A stretch of 64,000 nucleotides of DNA from the NCBI GenBank assembly GCA_002189035.1, contig NEEC01000019.1, positions 744,001 through 808,000 on the forward strand, written 5' to 3'. The DNA comes from Utricularia gibba. Taxonomy: Eukaryota; Plantae; Magnoliophyta. Below, piece after piece: positions 14,715 through 27,100 of this stretch. The notes under the pieces are model-generated. The model made no database searches, was not told the DNA's origin, and worked only from the letters and a program-made list of their open reading frames with translations. Numbering within the stretch: position 1 is the first letter of the stretch; each line of letters starts with the position of its first letter. Position numbers and translations under genes: made by a program.

Positions 14715-16464
14715 TCCTCAGCAGCCCATTCTCCAACTGTATAAAATGGGTTAACCAGTGAGTGACAAGAACCTCAAGTTGCCGCCATGTCACATTCTTT
14801 GTGTTGATTGTGGGTTTTCTTCCTTTTTTCATTTTTCTTGTGCTTTGGGTGCTCATTTTCTCATGAGCCGGGGACTGGAGGAGGCAGAGCTTAGGGTTCG
14901 GTGTGTTGATGCTGTTGCTGTTCATTAGTCTGTTAACAGGTCCCCCTGCTGCTACTGTCTTGTCATATTGAATTGTCTCATTTGTTATTATTAATTAACG
15001 GGTGTTTCATAGTTAAGTTTACATATTAATGATTGTTTGATTCATCAGTATATATATTTTAATCTTGTATAATTATATTAATTACATATTAATTTTTCAT
15101 CGTGTGTGTAAAATATGTAAATAAAAAAAGAGAATATTAATTATATATTCAAATTTGTATTTTCGAAATCTGACCGTACATGTTTGACAAAAAAATTGGC
15201 CTACAATAATGTATTCAAATTTGTATTTTCAAATAATATATATAATTATATATATATATATATAATTATACTATAATTTAGAATATTAATATCTTAATAT
15301 CATAATATCTCTTAGAAATCTTACCGTACCTGTTTGACAAAAAAAATGGCCTAAAATTTGTTCTATTTGAAGCAGTTTTAATCATTGAAAAATATTTTGA
15401 TTTTATTATTAAATATGAATTATTTTTTATTTCAAAAAGAATATAAATTTAGAATTATTTTTTAATTTCAATAAGATATAGAAATTCAATTTATATTTTA
15501 TTAAACATAAATTTAATTTCCTATACATTTTGTGGTAATAATTTCTGACTCTTTAAAAAAAAAGAGGATGGAAGAAAAAGCAGGGTGGGTTTACATTACC
15601 CTGACACGGACCAGGCCGACTATCGTAGTCTGAAGGCTGGCCCAGCCCGTCTAAAAAATCATTTCTCACGTGTGTCATTGTATCATTGTTTATATTATTT
15701 TTTATTAATGCAAAATAATCATTTGGTATTTTATAACAAAACTACTTCTTAATCATTTTTTAATAAAATAAACAAATTCTAATCTTTTTTGTTTTTTGAC
15801 TTTTTTTGCTATGATGCAACCAAATCAACCTTTCACCCCCTTGAAAAAAAAAACCTTTTTTTTTTTTTTGGTTTTGTGCCTCATGAAGTTGGAGATATTT
15901 GCAAGTGCAAAAGCCATGAGGAAAAATGGGAGAGGGGCTTTTGGAAAAGGGGCAGGCCACATTTGTATTATGAGATTAAAGCCATGCACTACGCTCCCCA
16001 CTCTCCCTCCTTTTTTAATTGCATGTAAATGGTGTTGACTGATGAAGTGCAAAGCAGTCAGCAGATAAGGATCAACAGGTTTCCTTTTGGAGTGCTGAGA
16101 TGATGATTGCTGACTGATTCATTGATTCGTATCTATCTCCAATGGCGGAGCCTCATCCTCGTTGGGATCAAAATATCTACCTGTCGGTCACTTCATTGCG
16201 GCCATAGATACTTTGGATCCAGCTCAGTTTGATCTCTCTTGTGATGCATGAATGATGGTGATCCTGTGTCATGTAAAGAAGTTTTGATCCCTCATTTCTC
16301 AAGAAATAGTATGTAGAAGTGCACTGTGGTGACATCTTTCTTGTTTCTTGCAAGAGTGCAACGAAGACATGCAAAACACACAAGCTGTTTCTGTTAAATC
16401 GATCCAATGTTGTTGTTGTTGCTGTTTCTCTGTGTTTGGGTTGAGCGAGTAATGGCGCCTCTCT

Positions 16465-18199
16465 TCAAGGAATCCTTGGGAGAGCTTTGCAAACTAAGGG
16501 GTGCTTCATTTCCATGGAGAGTTTCAAGGTTTCCGTTAGGTCTACTCCACATTCTCCGGCTGGCCTCCAGTTGAACCTCTGAAGAAGCTGAGCTAGCCAG
16601 AGGTGAGCCGTGGCGAGCCCCATCGCCTTGCCGGGGCAGACCCTGCGTCCTGATCCGAACGGGGCAAGCCTGAGATCAGACCCCATGATCGCCACATCCT
16701 GATCGAGAAACCTCTCCGGCCGGAACTTCTCAGGCTCCGGCCAAACCGCCGGGTCATGTGCGATCGCCCACATGTTGACCATCGCGGTGGTGCCGGCGGG
16801 GATGAAGTGGGCGCCGACATGAGTGTCGTGTATAGCGAGGCGCGCCCATGAAAGCAGAGGACCGGGAGGATGGACTCTGAGAGACTCCTTCACAATGGCC
16901 TGGATGTAAGGGAGGTTTACCAGATCAGTGTCGTCTACTGATCTCTCTGATCCGATGACCCGATCGATTTCCTCCTGAGCTTTGGATTGAATGTCAGGGT
17001 GAAGGATCATCCTGGCGAGAATCCATTCCAGCAGAATGGCTACTGTGTCAGTTCCCCTGAAGATCATTTCCTGAGCAAGAGCAGAAAAAAAGTTCTTTTT
17101 TATGGTAGGGATAACAATGCTGATAAGAGTTCACATCTGCATGCTGTAAATGCAAAAGTGACAGGACAAAATGAAGGTGTGAAAGGTATGCAGAGTCAAG
17201 GATCTTAAGAATTACCCAGAGAACAGCAATCATATCAGAGTCTGAGAGCAGGTGCTCCTCCTCCAAATCAAGCAAGACATCAACAAAATCATGGGAATTA
17301 TGGTGTTCTTCATCTTTTTCTTCTGCTGCTCTCTTGCTTGCTGCCCTTTTCACTCTGTGTTCATCAATGATCTTCCCCACATAGCAGTTTACTCTTTCAA
17401 CCAGGTTCTTGCTCCTTTTCCTCACTCCCTGAAAATCAAGCCATCTTATGAATGGGAAGTGATCGCCCCAGTTGAAAATCCCCAGTAGTTCATATCCTTC
17501 TCGGACTAGACTTTCTAACTCATCCCCATCTCCATTTTCATCGCTGAAGTCTTTGTAGATGCCGAAAACACTCATCATCACATTGTTGAGGGACCCAAAA
17601 TGGAGCAATTTTCTGGGCTCGATCTTGGAGTTCATCTCCATCTTCACCTTGATTTCTTCAACCATTTTCTCACCTATTTCCCTCCTGAAGGCCCCAAAAG
17701 AGGCAACTTTCTTTGGACTGAACATATGTGTCGCAGCGATTCTCCGCAAATTCCTCCAATATACACCGTAGGGCGCAAATCCCATGGCCCTATCAAACAA
17801 CAGCCCGTACGCAGACTCCTTCACAGGCCTATCTGCAAAAGCAGAGGCATTGAGAATCACTTTAGCAGTGTCAGGATCACTGGAAATCACCACACGCGTG
17901 AACCCAACAGAGAACGCCATCAAACCACCTCCAAATGTCTTGGACATCCTTCCCAGCACCCGATGCGCTGCCGCGTCAGCCAATACCAACGCGGAACCCA
18001 GAACCGGAAACCCCGATGGGCCAGGAATAGCTGCTTTGGACCGCCGGGAACAAATCGCCCATGCAAGGCCGCCGGGAACCAGCCAAAAGGCGAACACAAC
18101 AACAAGGAGAACGAAACACGTGAAGGGAAACAAGGAGAAGCTACACGGGTAGAAGAAGGCAGATGACGGGAAGAAGTGAAAACTGATGCCGGAAGACAT
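16465..18199 (-). CDS. CYP78A: Cytochrome P450 CYP78A (KLUH/CYP78A5-like), 529 aa, exons 18199-17216 and 17070-16465
   Basis: [11 protein letters not shown]-helix, ESLR, PERF and [10 protein letters not shown] heme motif, with the single intron at VLW|EMIF. Confidence 0.95.
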
Positions 18200-19542
18200 C
18201 GAGAGATTTTTCCTGGAAAATCCGGCCGGTAGATTCCTCAGCTCAAAAGCATGAACCCCGAGAGTAGTGGGGGTGGGGATATAAATAGACGAGGGTTCAG
18301 CGCGTGAAGAGCGAGTGGCAAAAACATTTATCCCATTTTACTATAATTATTTATTACTAAATAAATCCATTCCGATAATAACAAATGTTGTCCCCCTTTT
18401 CCTTTTCTGTCCAATTATTTCTCATTAAATAATAAAAAATTAACACAATAACGGAACCGTTGACCTGACCGTTACGGGAAGAAGCAGGCGCGCGGTTCAT
18501 GGGGGGCGCTTCCGCTGCCGCCTTTCCATTTATAAATCTAACCGTTTTCATGAGGACGGCGTTGGTCGGGCGCCATACGTCATCAACTATAATTACAATA
18601 TTAATAATTATTTTATTTTATTTTTCGGATCGGCATCACCATAACTTGATGCGTGACGTGCCGCTGACACGTGGCCATTAAATGTTAGATCCTCCCTCCC
18701 TCCCCCCAGATGGTCCCACACGGTAACACGTATGTCACTCCGTGTACCCGATTTATGTTACCAAAATTAATGAAAAATCAGATATAATCGATTTTCATTA
18801 ATCAATCTCTATTATTTCATAAGTTGCAATTTTTAGTTGTAATAAAATTAATTTTTATTATTTGGTAAACAGTTTGCTATACATAATTATGATATGTGAT
18901 TTTTATTTCTTTTTTTTTTTATCTTCCCACTTGAACCTATTCATTTCGCCCCCCCTTAAAAACTTAATATTCTCATTGAAGTTTATCTCATCATCAGTTA
19001 CAAATTTAGGTTTGGTTATAATATTAAATATAATAATTCATTCTCATCTTATAATGATATTATTTGATTCGAACATTATAATTGATATGGGATTCGTTTT
19101 GGTTTGCTCAACTTTGAGGTGTACTCGGAGGGCGACTAACGGGAGATGCTCGGAGGCGCAAGGTTGTACTTGGTTAGCGATCGTTTTCCAAGGTATTTAT
19201 GTGGGCGAGATGGATGGTTGAGGTGAAGCATGAAAGGTATGTTCCTAGTAGCAACTCTTGTTCACGGAGCATCTTCCCAATCCCCGCGATGAGAATGAAC
19301 CACAAATGCCGTGTGCATGTCGTGTGACGTGTCCAAACATTACCTCACACATTTTCTTTTATTTTATTTGCAATAAGTGTGGCTTATTGGGCCTTTAAGT
19401 CCAAAGCTATTGGGGTTGTGATTATCTTACAACCGCTGTCCGTATAGGCAGAAAAGTACGGCCTGTCCATTTATCTATTTACTAATTTACTTTTGTCTAA
19501 AATACTCTAGAAAACTATCCATTTCTTTTAAATACCCACAAC

Positions 19543-19849
19543 TAGAGATGATTATTAGGGTTAACTGAACCGAAATCAAACTTAATAAGTATATAAATTG
19601 ATAAGCTAAACCGAACCTAATTAAATCGGTTCCATTTCGAATTAACCAACTTAATCGATTTTTTTAAAAAAACATTGTTAAAAACGAAAATACATAAAAT
19701 TTATCTAATTATTTAAAAAAAACGATTAATTTGGTTAATAGTCGAACTAACCGATAACCGATTTATACCAAATTTTAATAATCGAATTTTTCGGTTTCGA
19801 TTCAATTCGACATAGTTCGATTAATTGGTTATTAAACAAAACAGCCCTA
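19543..19849. mobile_element. hAT-type MITE, 307 bp
   Basis: Termini TAGAGATG / CAGCCCTA (reverse complement TAGGGCTG). The 8-bp TSD is CCCACAAC (19535-19542) / CCCACAAG (19850-19857). Multiple AACCGA/TTCGG subterminal repeats. Confidence 0.75.
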
Positions 19850-20159
19850 CCCACAAGTCTTAACCCATGGAATTGAGCATTTGCACTGCATGCGACATTA
19901 CAACAATTCATGCTGCTTTCAAATTATTTTCTTGATATTAATTTCTAAGATTATATTCTTGGAATAGCTTCTGCTTATAAAATTAATATAAGTAGCCTCT
20001 GTCTAGTCAACGGTTTCAGAAACAAGTTAACTTCATCTGCTCTCCTCTGCTGTATCGTCGCCTCCTCCAGGGATATAAAAACGTTCTGTGGAATGGACTG
20101 TCCGGCGGGATGATGCTGTTACCTATTCAACGGTTTCTTGATAGCTGTTTCCCTTCGGA

Positions 20160-22784
20160 ATGGCGTACGCCGCCGTGGTTACGCTATTGCAGGATCTCCA
20201 GGAAATTGTCGAGTTATCTACTCCGGATTCAGCCGTACGACTCCGATTTATTCAGGAAAAGCTTCGGTCGTTGCTAGATTTCCTCGAGGATTCCGTCTCA
20301 GTGACCGAGCGAATTAGAGCCGCCGTTGAGAAAAGAGATGTGGAGAGGGAGATTAGAGATCTGGTTTACCGACTGCAAGATGTATTCGACTTCTTCATTT
20401 CTCAGAAGGAAGAAGATCCAGATGGATGCGAATCACCTTCGTATTTGAATCGAATGGAGCAGATTTTGAACCATCAACTTCCCTCTCTTGAGAAGAGGAT
20501 TTCGCAATTGCAGCAGGAAATCCCGAAGGGTCAGACGGTGCCGCCATTGCAGCAGGAGCCAATTTCCTATCGAGACGGGTCATTGGATGGGAAAAAGCTG
20601 ATCGGATTGGAAAAGGGATTGGATGAACTCCAGAAAAGGCTTTTTGGGCAAGTAAAGGAGCGAGAAATCATTGCTATTGTAGGGATGGGAGGATCGGGAA
20701 AGACAACCCTGGCAACGAGGTTGTACAAAGGTGGGCAAATGAGCAATCACTTTGACAGTGCTGCTTGGATAACAGTATCCCAGGAGTACGATAAGCGAGA
20801 AATCATGCTGCGAATGCTTGAATCCATGGAAATTCTTACTCCGGAAATGCGAGAAGAAGACGACATACGTTTGAACGAACATTTGTACAAACACCTACGA
20901 ACTAGGAGACACTTCATTGTTATGGATGATGTTTGGAGCAAAGATGCTTTTGATGATGTCAAAAATATGCTTCCCGATGACAGGTACAATAGAAGCAGAG
21001 TCTTGATAACCACACGGTTAATGGAGGTGGCCGGATATGCCACTTTGGGAAAGGGCTACTGCCATCAGATGAGGCTGTTGAATGAAGATGAGAGTTGGGA
21101 GCTCTTGTGCACAAGGACTTTCGAGGAGGAAGGAGGGTGCCCTGATCTCCTGGTGGAAACCGGTAAGAAGATTGCCTTTAGCTGCAAAGGACTTCCTCTT
21201 GCTATCGAAGTGATGTCTGGGTATCTCCGGAACAAAGGTAGAGAAAAGCTCATTTGGGAGGAAGTTGCCACCAAAATCAACAAGGACTTGAGCACAAACG
21301 GATTGATGAGGGAGATGGTACGCTTAAGCTATGGTGAATTACCTAACTTCCTGAAACATTGCTTCCTCTACTTCAGCATGTTTGCTGAGGATGAAAAACG
21401 CAATGCTTCCGATCTGGTCAAAATCTGGGAGGCGGAAGGATTTTTAATATCTTTGAGCTGGCTGAGTCCAGAGGAGTTTACCGTAGCATGTTTACAAGCG
21501 CTGAGTTATCGACATCTCGTGACTGCTGAGTATAAATGTGGAAGGATGGAGAGATGCAGCATCCACGATGTTCTGAGGGATCTGTGCTTGGAAATTGCCA
21601 AAGAGGAACAGTTTGCTGCAGCTCTACTCACCCATTCAGATGTGGGACAAAATGACATCAAACAACTCCGCAGGTTAGCTATTCATGGCGATCTTAGCAA
21701 AATGAGAAGCATGATACCACCTGAGGATCTTGTGCTTCTCCGTTCTTTTCGATGCAAAAAACAGCTGACTGAAGATGATCCATCCTCCTATTTGAACTCC
21801 TGCCATCTTCTCAGAGTGGTGGAGTTGCCGACACTGAATTTCTTTGGACATCGGATCGACATGCTGAAGCTTTCCCATTTGCGCTATCTCTCTGCGCCTG
21901 TTAAAAAATGGGTTATACCAGAGCATTTTGCTGATTATTTCTGGAACTTACAATCCTTGATCATGCGTGGGGCTACCGTTGCAGGCACCCAAGTGTTGTG
22001 GAAAATGCCAAGCTTGAGGCACATCTGTTTCGGTTCATCCGACATGAAATGCCCTGAAGATAAGGAGTTGAAGCTACCAAATCTTGAAACACTTCTATAC
22101 ATTAAAGCCTCCAATTGCTCCTCCGAGTTGTTCTCAAGAACTCCAAATCTCGTTAGACTGGGAGTCAAGATGGAAGAGCTGGGCTACAAACCCCTTGAAG
22201 AACAATGGAGTGCATTTTCTGTTGAGAATATCAGCAATTTCCCGAAACTCGAAATCCTCAGACTCAAGCGGCAGGATATTTTGACGTCTGGAGTTCCAAA
22301 TAGTTTCACCCTTCCGGACAGCCTTAAAAGGGTGACACTGAGTGATACTAGGCTCCCATGGGAATCACTCTCTGTCGTTGGGAGGCTGCCTAAACTCGAG
22401 CAGCTGAAACTCTTCCGTGATGCATGTATTGGTGGCACTTGGGTGACCAACGACGAGGAGTTTCAGCTGTTGAAGGTTTTGATTATCAATGGCTCAAATT
22501 TGCGATACTGGGAAACCAGTAGCGATCATTTTCCCCAACTGGTGCATCTAGTTCTATGGGATTGCGTCCTGCTCGAAGAAGTCCCCACTTGTTTCGAAGA
22601 AATCCCTACACTTAGATTCATCCAACTGGATGGTGCTAGTCCTTCCGCCGCAAGAAGGGCCCAGGAACAAGTAGAGAGATTCAGAGACAGTGGAATCCAG
22701 ATTGCTGTGGACGGAGGCAGGGCGGCTTTGCCACTTGAAAGACAAGTATTTGTTTTCTTTCACCCTAATCTCTGTCATATCTGA
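20160..22784 (+). CDS. CC-NB-ARC-LRR resistance protein (R1/RPP13-like clade); unspliced form 874 aa
   Basis: MAYAAVVTLL N-terminus, QDVFD (EDVID-like), P-loop GMGGSGKTTLA, kinase-2 IVMDDVW, RNBS-B SRVLITTR, GLPLA, CFLYFSMF, IHD (MHD variant) and LRRs. Confidence 0.95.
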   Translation: MAYAAVVTLLQDLQEIVELSTPDSAVRLRFIQEKLRSLLDFLEDSVSVTERIRAAVEKRDVEREIRDLVYRLQDVFDFFISQKEEDPDGCESPSYLNRMEQILNHQLPSLEKRISQLQQEIPKGQTVPPLQQEPISYRDGSLDGKKLIGLEKGLDELQKRLFGQVKEREIIAIVGMGGSGKTTLATRLYKGGQMSNHFDSAAWITVSQEYDKREIMLRMLESMEILTPEMREEDDIRLNEHLYKHLRTRRHFIVMDDVWSKDAFDDVKNMLPDDRYNRSRVLITTRLMEVAGYATLGKGYCHQMRLLNEDESWELLCTRTFEEEGGCPDLLVETGKKIAFSCKGLPLAIEVMSGYLRNKGREKLIWEEVATKINKDLSTNGLMREMVRLSYGELPNFLKHCFLYFSMFAEDEKRNASDLVKIWEAEGFLISLSWLSPEEFTVACLQALSYRHLVTAEYKCGRMERCSIHDVLRDLCLEIAKEEQFAAALLTHSDVGQNDIKQLRRLAIHGDLSKMRSMIPPEDLVLLRSFRCKKQLTEDDPSSYLNSCHLLRVVELPTLNFFGHRIDMLKLSHLRYLSAPVKKWVIPEHFADYFWNLQSLIMRGATVAGTQVLWKMPSLRHICFGSSDMKCPEDKELKLPNLETLLYIKASNCSSELFSRTPNLVRLGVKMEELGYKPLEEQWSAFSVENISNFPKLEILRLKRQDILTSGVPNSFTLPDSLKRVTLSDTRLPWESLSVVGRLPKLEQLKLFRDACIGGTWVTNDEEFQLLKVLIINGSNLRYWETSSDHFPQLVHLVLWDCVLLEEVPTCFEEIPTLRFIQLDGASPSAARRAQEQVERFRDSGIQIAVDGGRAALPLERQVFVFFHPNLCHI

Positions 22785-22822
22785 TTGGGAGGAAGTTCTA
22801 GTTTTTTTTCCCCATGCTGCAG

Positions 22823-23285
22823 GTGAGCTCCCTCATGACGATGCTGGAGGATCTCAAGCTCAGATATGGATTGGGTTTTTCACTGTGCCTCCTGCTCCTC
22901 ACTTCCCCTGCAGTGATCATGGTACATGTAACAGAGTACCTGGTGAGAGCCGCCGCCATGACTCCTCATCTCAAGTTATCTGTAAACCATTATCCATTTA
23001 ACTATGGGTTTCATGATGTAGGTGAGGTCCTTGATGGCAGCGTTGAAGGACATCAGGATTAAAATTGCACTGGGTTTTGTTTGGGGGATGCTGCTGATCC
23101 CAATATTTAATCTGCTGGTGGAGATTTTGGTGCACGCGCCGGAGTACCTGCTGAGCTGGTGGCGCCCGGCATCATCAACATCAGCAGGGTTCCAGGCCAT
23201 CCTCACCGGGCTCAAGGTACTACTCTGGTTGAATTTGGTAGCGATGATCTACATCAGAATGCTCATTCGCCCTTCCTTCCTTTGA
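22823..23285 (+). CDS. Predicted extra NLR 3' exons (22823-22942, 23022-23285) encoding a duplicated hydrophobic module; spliced product 989 aa
   Basis: Phase-0 donor CAA|GTATTT at 22746, acceptor TGCAG| at 22822, donor CTG|GTGAGA at 22943 and acceptor TGTAG| at 23021. The introns are 77 and 79 bp, and both exons are open in the NLR frame. Confidence 0.6.
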
Positions 23286-24131
23286 CAGCAAATATGTGAA
23301 ACACAACCAAAATCTAATGAGAAAATTGTAAGAATAACATTTCAAGTTTTAATTAATACAAAGAGTTTAATTTTAAGTTTTAAAATTGTAGAAGGAAAAT
23401 ATTTTAAGCTAGCAAAACTGTTCAATGATGAATCAATCGATTTTTAAATTTTTAAAAAATTAACTGGTTTACATCATGGTAAACCAACTCTGATTTCAAA
23501 CATAATAAAATTTTATGGTAAAGTTTTTTACCTTCAAGTTTTGATGAATAGAATGATATACTTAATAAAGTTAAATCACATTTATATCTTGTATGATTCT
23601 AAGTGATAATAATTATATCATATTTATGTTTCATATGATTTAAAATGATAATGATTATATTGGATCTCGTATGATATATTATTATGATGATGTTAAGGTT
23701 GACACCTATTAATTTTGATATTATGAAATATTAAATATATAATTTTATAAATTTTAAAATAAACTATTTATAGAAAAACAATTTGATGTAATTATAACGT
23801 AATTTCGAAACTTAAAAATTAAGCTCTTTATATTGTTTGTGAATTGAAGTTGATAAAATTCAATATAATTATCATGACACCAAAATTTATTATCTCATGA
23901 ATTTATTAATGCTTTTTAATTAAAACAAAATTCTTGTAAAGGTGCTGATGGAGGGAGAGGTCACGTGCGTGCGTGCGCCTATCCGAGGGGTGCATCTGGG
24001 CCCCATCTTATTCCCCTCTCCGTCATCCTCCTCAACGGCGGCCACTCCGCAACGGATAAAACAAAATTGACGGAGCGGACAAGTATATTTCGGTTCTCAA
24101 GTGGGAGGAGTAGTTTCACGATTTCGTGGAG

Positions 24132-27100
24132 ATGGGGAGCGAGGCTCCTTACAAGTCGCTCGACTGCATAACCGCTGCCGATATCACGGCGCTAGGCATT
24201 CCGATGAGCATCGCGGCTGAACTGCACCTTCAGCTTCATCGGATTATCAGTGTTTCTGGCGCTGGAACTCCGGAAACGTGGCGGAGCATATCGAAGGACC
24301 TCCTGACGCCGGAACTTCCGTTTTCTTGCCATCAAATGATGTACTATGGCTGCTACAAGAACTTCGGCCCTGATCCTCCTGCTTGGCTTCCTGATCCGTG
24401 AGTTTAAAAACCCGCGCTGTATTTTTCTTTTCCTCCGTTACTCATTTTGATTCAGTGTTTGAATGCAGTGATAGCGTTTATTCGACTAACGTTGGCAAGT
24501 TGCTGAAGGAGCATGGGAGAGAGCTTCTTGGATCAAAATATGTGGATCCTATTTCAAGCTTTCTTGATTTACAGGAACTTTCTGTTTTGAATCCTGAGGT
24601 TGGGGCACAATTTTCAATCTTCATGGCAATGAGAGTAGTTAGTGATACTGATGTAACTTTCTGTTTGCTTCTTAGGTGTACTGGAAAACCATATTAGAAA
24701 AAATAAATGTTTCCTTCTCGATTGCCCCTACATGTATTTTGCGTGAGGATCCTGATCTCCCCGGTGGTCATTGGCTTCCTGGTGCGACTACTAACCCAGC
24801 GAAAAATTGTTTGAATTTAAGTGGTAAGAGGACCCTCGAAAGTGTTGCTGTCCTATGGCGTGACGAAGGAGATGATGAAGCTCCAGTGAATAAGATGACT
24901 CTGAACGAGTTACGCACGTCGGTCTGGTAATGCATTTGTTTTCGAGTTTGAAGAAATTGTTTTTTCCTGAAGTTTTTGAACGCCCAAAATTGAAGATATT
25001 GCTGTGGTAAATGGGAATTTTTTTTTGGAAATTGTATTATAGGCGGGTTGCTTTTGCAATAGAAGCTCTGAATCTGGAAAAAGGATCTGCAATTGCTATA
25101 TGTATGCCCATGGATGTTGACTCTGTTTTAGTATACCTTGCAATAGTACTTGCTGGTTATGTAGTAGTATCAGTTGCTGATAGCTTTGCACCAGCTGAAA
25201 TATCAGTTAGACTCCGGATATCAAATGCAAAAGCAATTTTTACCAAGGTAATTATCCGGTTTTTTCTTTTTGCTGAAGGAATACTGCATCTTAATATTGA
25301 TTCGGGATCATTCCATTCTTCATGAAAAAAAATTGTGTTTTTTTTATATGAAAGTTATGAATATATCAGATTAGTGTGTTCAAACTTGAAACACTGTGCT
25401 TTTGAATGCTTTATACCATTAGACTTTTGCCTTCCTGTAGTAAAACCCTTTTTGATTTGTCATCCCCATTTATCCATTTCTACAATCTTTCTGGTCCTAT
25501 TCCATTGGAAAATGGCACTGGACCTTTTACGTTATCTTAAAAGAAGGCCTTAAAGAGGATTGGTTTTTTTTTTTTTCAATTTTATTTTTCAGGATCTCAT
25601 TATCCGTGGTGATAAAAAGATTCCATTGTACAGGTGATGCTCCCTTCAGGTTCTTTCTGTTATGTTTAAGTGCTTTCTCGCTGCTGCATTATAGCAATAC
25701 CTGTGTAAGTGCTACTCACATCTTTTTGTTTGAGCTCTGCAGGAGAATTGCAGAGGCTCAGTCACCAAAAGCAATTGTAATTCCTACAAATGGGTTCAGT
25801 TTCAGCATGGGATTGCGTGATAGCGATGTTTCCTGGCAATCTTTTCTCGAGGGTGCCAATGAATGCAAGTGAGGATGTTAATGAACTATATTAAGAGTTT
25901 TACATTTGATTTTGTGTGTAAAGTCTATTCCCTGCTTTAGCTGGTACGCCAATTATATGAGTGAGTCATTAAGCTTATCTGAATTGCTCTTAACTATCAG
26001 TAATTTTTGAATCACTGATGAGCAGATTGATGACCAGCATGGCAATTCTTTTGTTTTTTTTTTGTCAGGATCTTGTGATGCTCTTGACCTGATATAAAAT
26101 ATACTAATTGCAGGGACGTTGAGTTCATTGCCATAGAGCAACCCACTGATGCGATGACAAACATATTATTCTCATCAGGAACTACAGGTATATTAATGGA
26201 ATATGGCTTTTTTAGGATTTTGACAAAGATTGGTAGTCGAAGATATCGAAACTTACATTGCTTTTTGTCTTGAAAGTATGCGGCTGAGAAATTCCCACAT
26301 TAGTCATGACCTGAAAATTGGGCTGATCAAAGTTTATTACTCAGGGGAGCCAAAGGCAATCCCGTGGACTACTATTACACCCTTTAAGACTGCTGCTGAT
26401 GGTTGGTGCAACATGGACATTCAGGAAGGTGATGTAGTTGCTTGGTCAACTAATCTTGGTTGGATGATGGGCCCCTGGCTTCTCTATGCGTCATTACTGA
26501 ACAGAGCTTCAATTGCTCTTTATAATGGATCCCCTCTTGGTTCTGGCTTTGCTAAGTTTGTGCAGGTGAATATTTGCCTCTTCTTTTTTCTTCGGTGGAT
26601 TTACTGCTGAAGAATATTGGTCAAAATGGCATGCAAAGGATGGCTTTTGTTGAAATATTTGTTTCCACGTCATGGAAAAAAGAAATACTTTGCTGCCTGT
26701 GTGGATTTTTGTGGTATTTTTGCATTGTTAACTCATAATTTGGTTTAGGGTTTTATTATTTAATACTTAATTGCTTGCCATCCAAATGCAAATTTTAAGG
26801 ATGCCAAAGTGACAATGTTGGGTGTCATCCCTAGCATTGTGAGGGCGTGGAAAAGTACAAATTCAGTATCTGCAGATTGGTCATCTATCCGGTGGGTAAA
26901 ACTTGTATGCGATGTTTTTTTTAGAATCTTGCACTGCATTAGTATTTACACACCTTCTTGTGACATGGAAGGATTAGGAAGAAAATTCAGCTGCAGTTTC
27001 TGTTGTCTGCTTATCCATGCATCTTTTAACTAATTAATGAATTAACTTTCTTTAGTTGCTTTGCATCCACTGGCGAGGCATCGAATGTAGATGAGTACCT

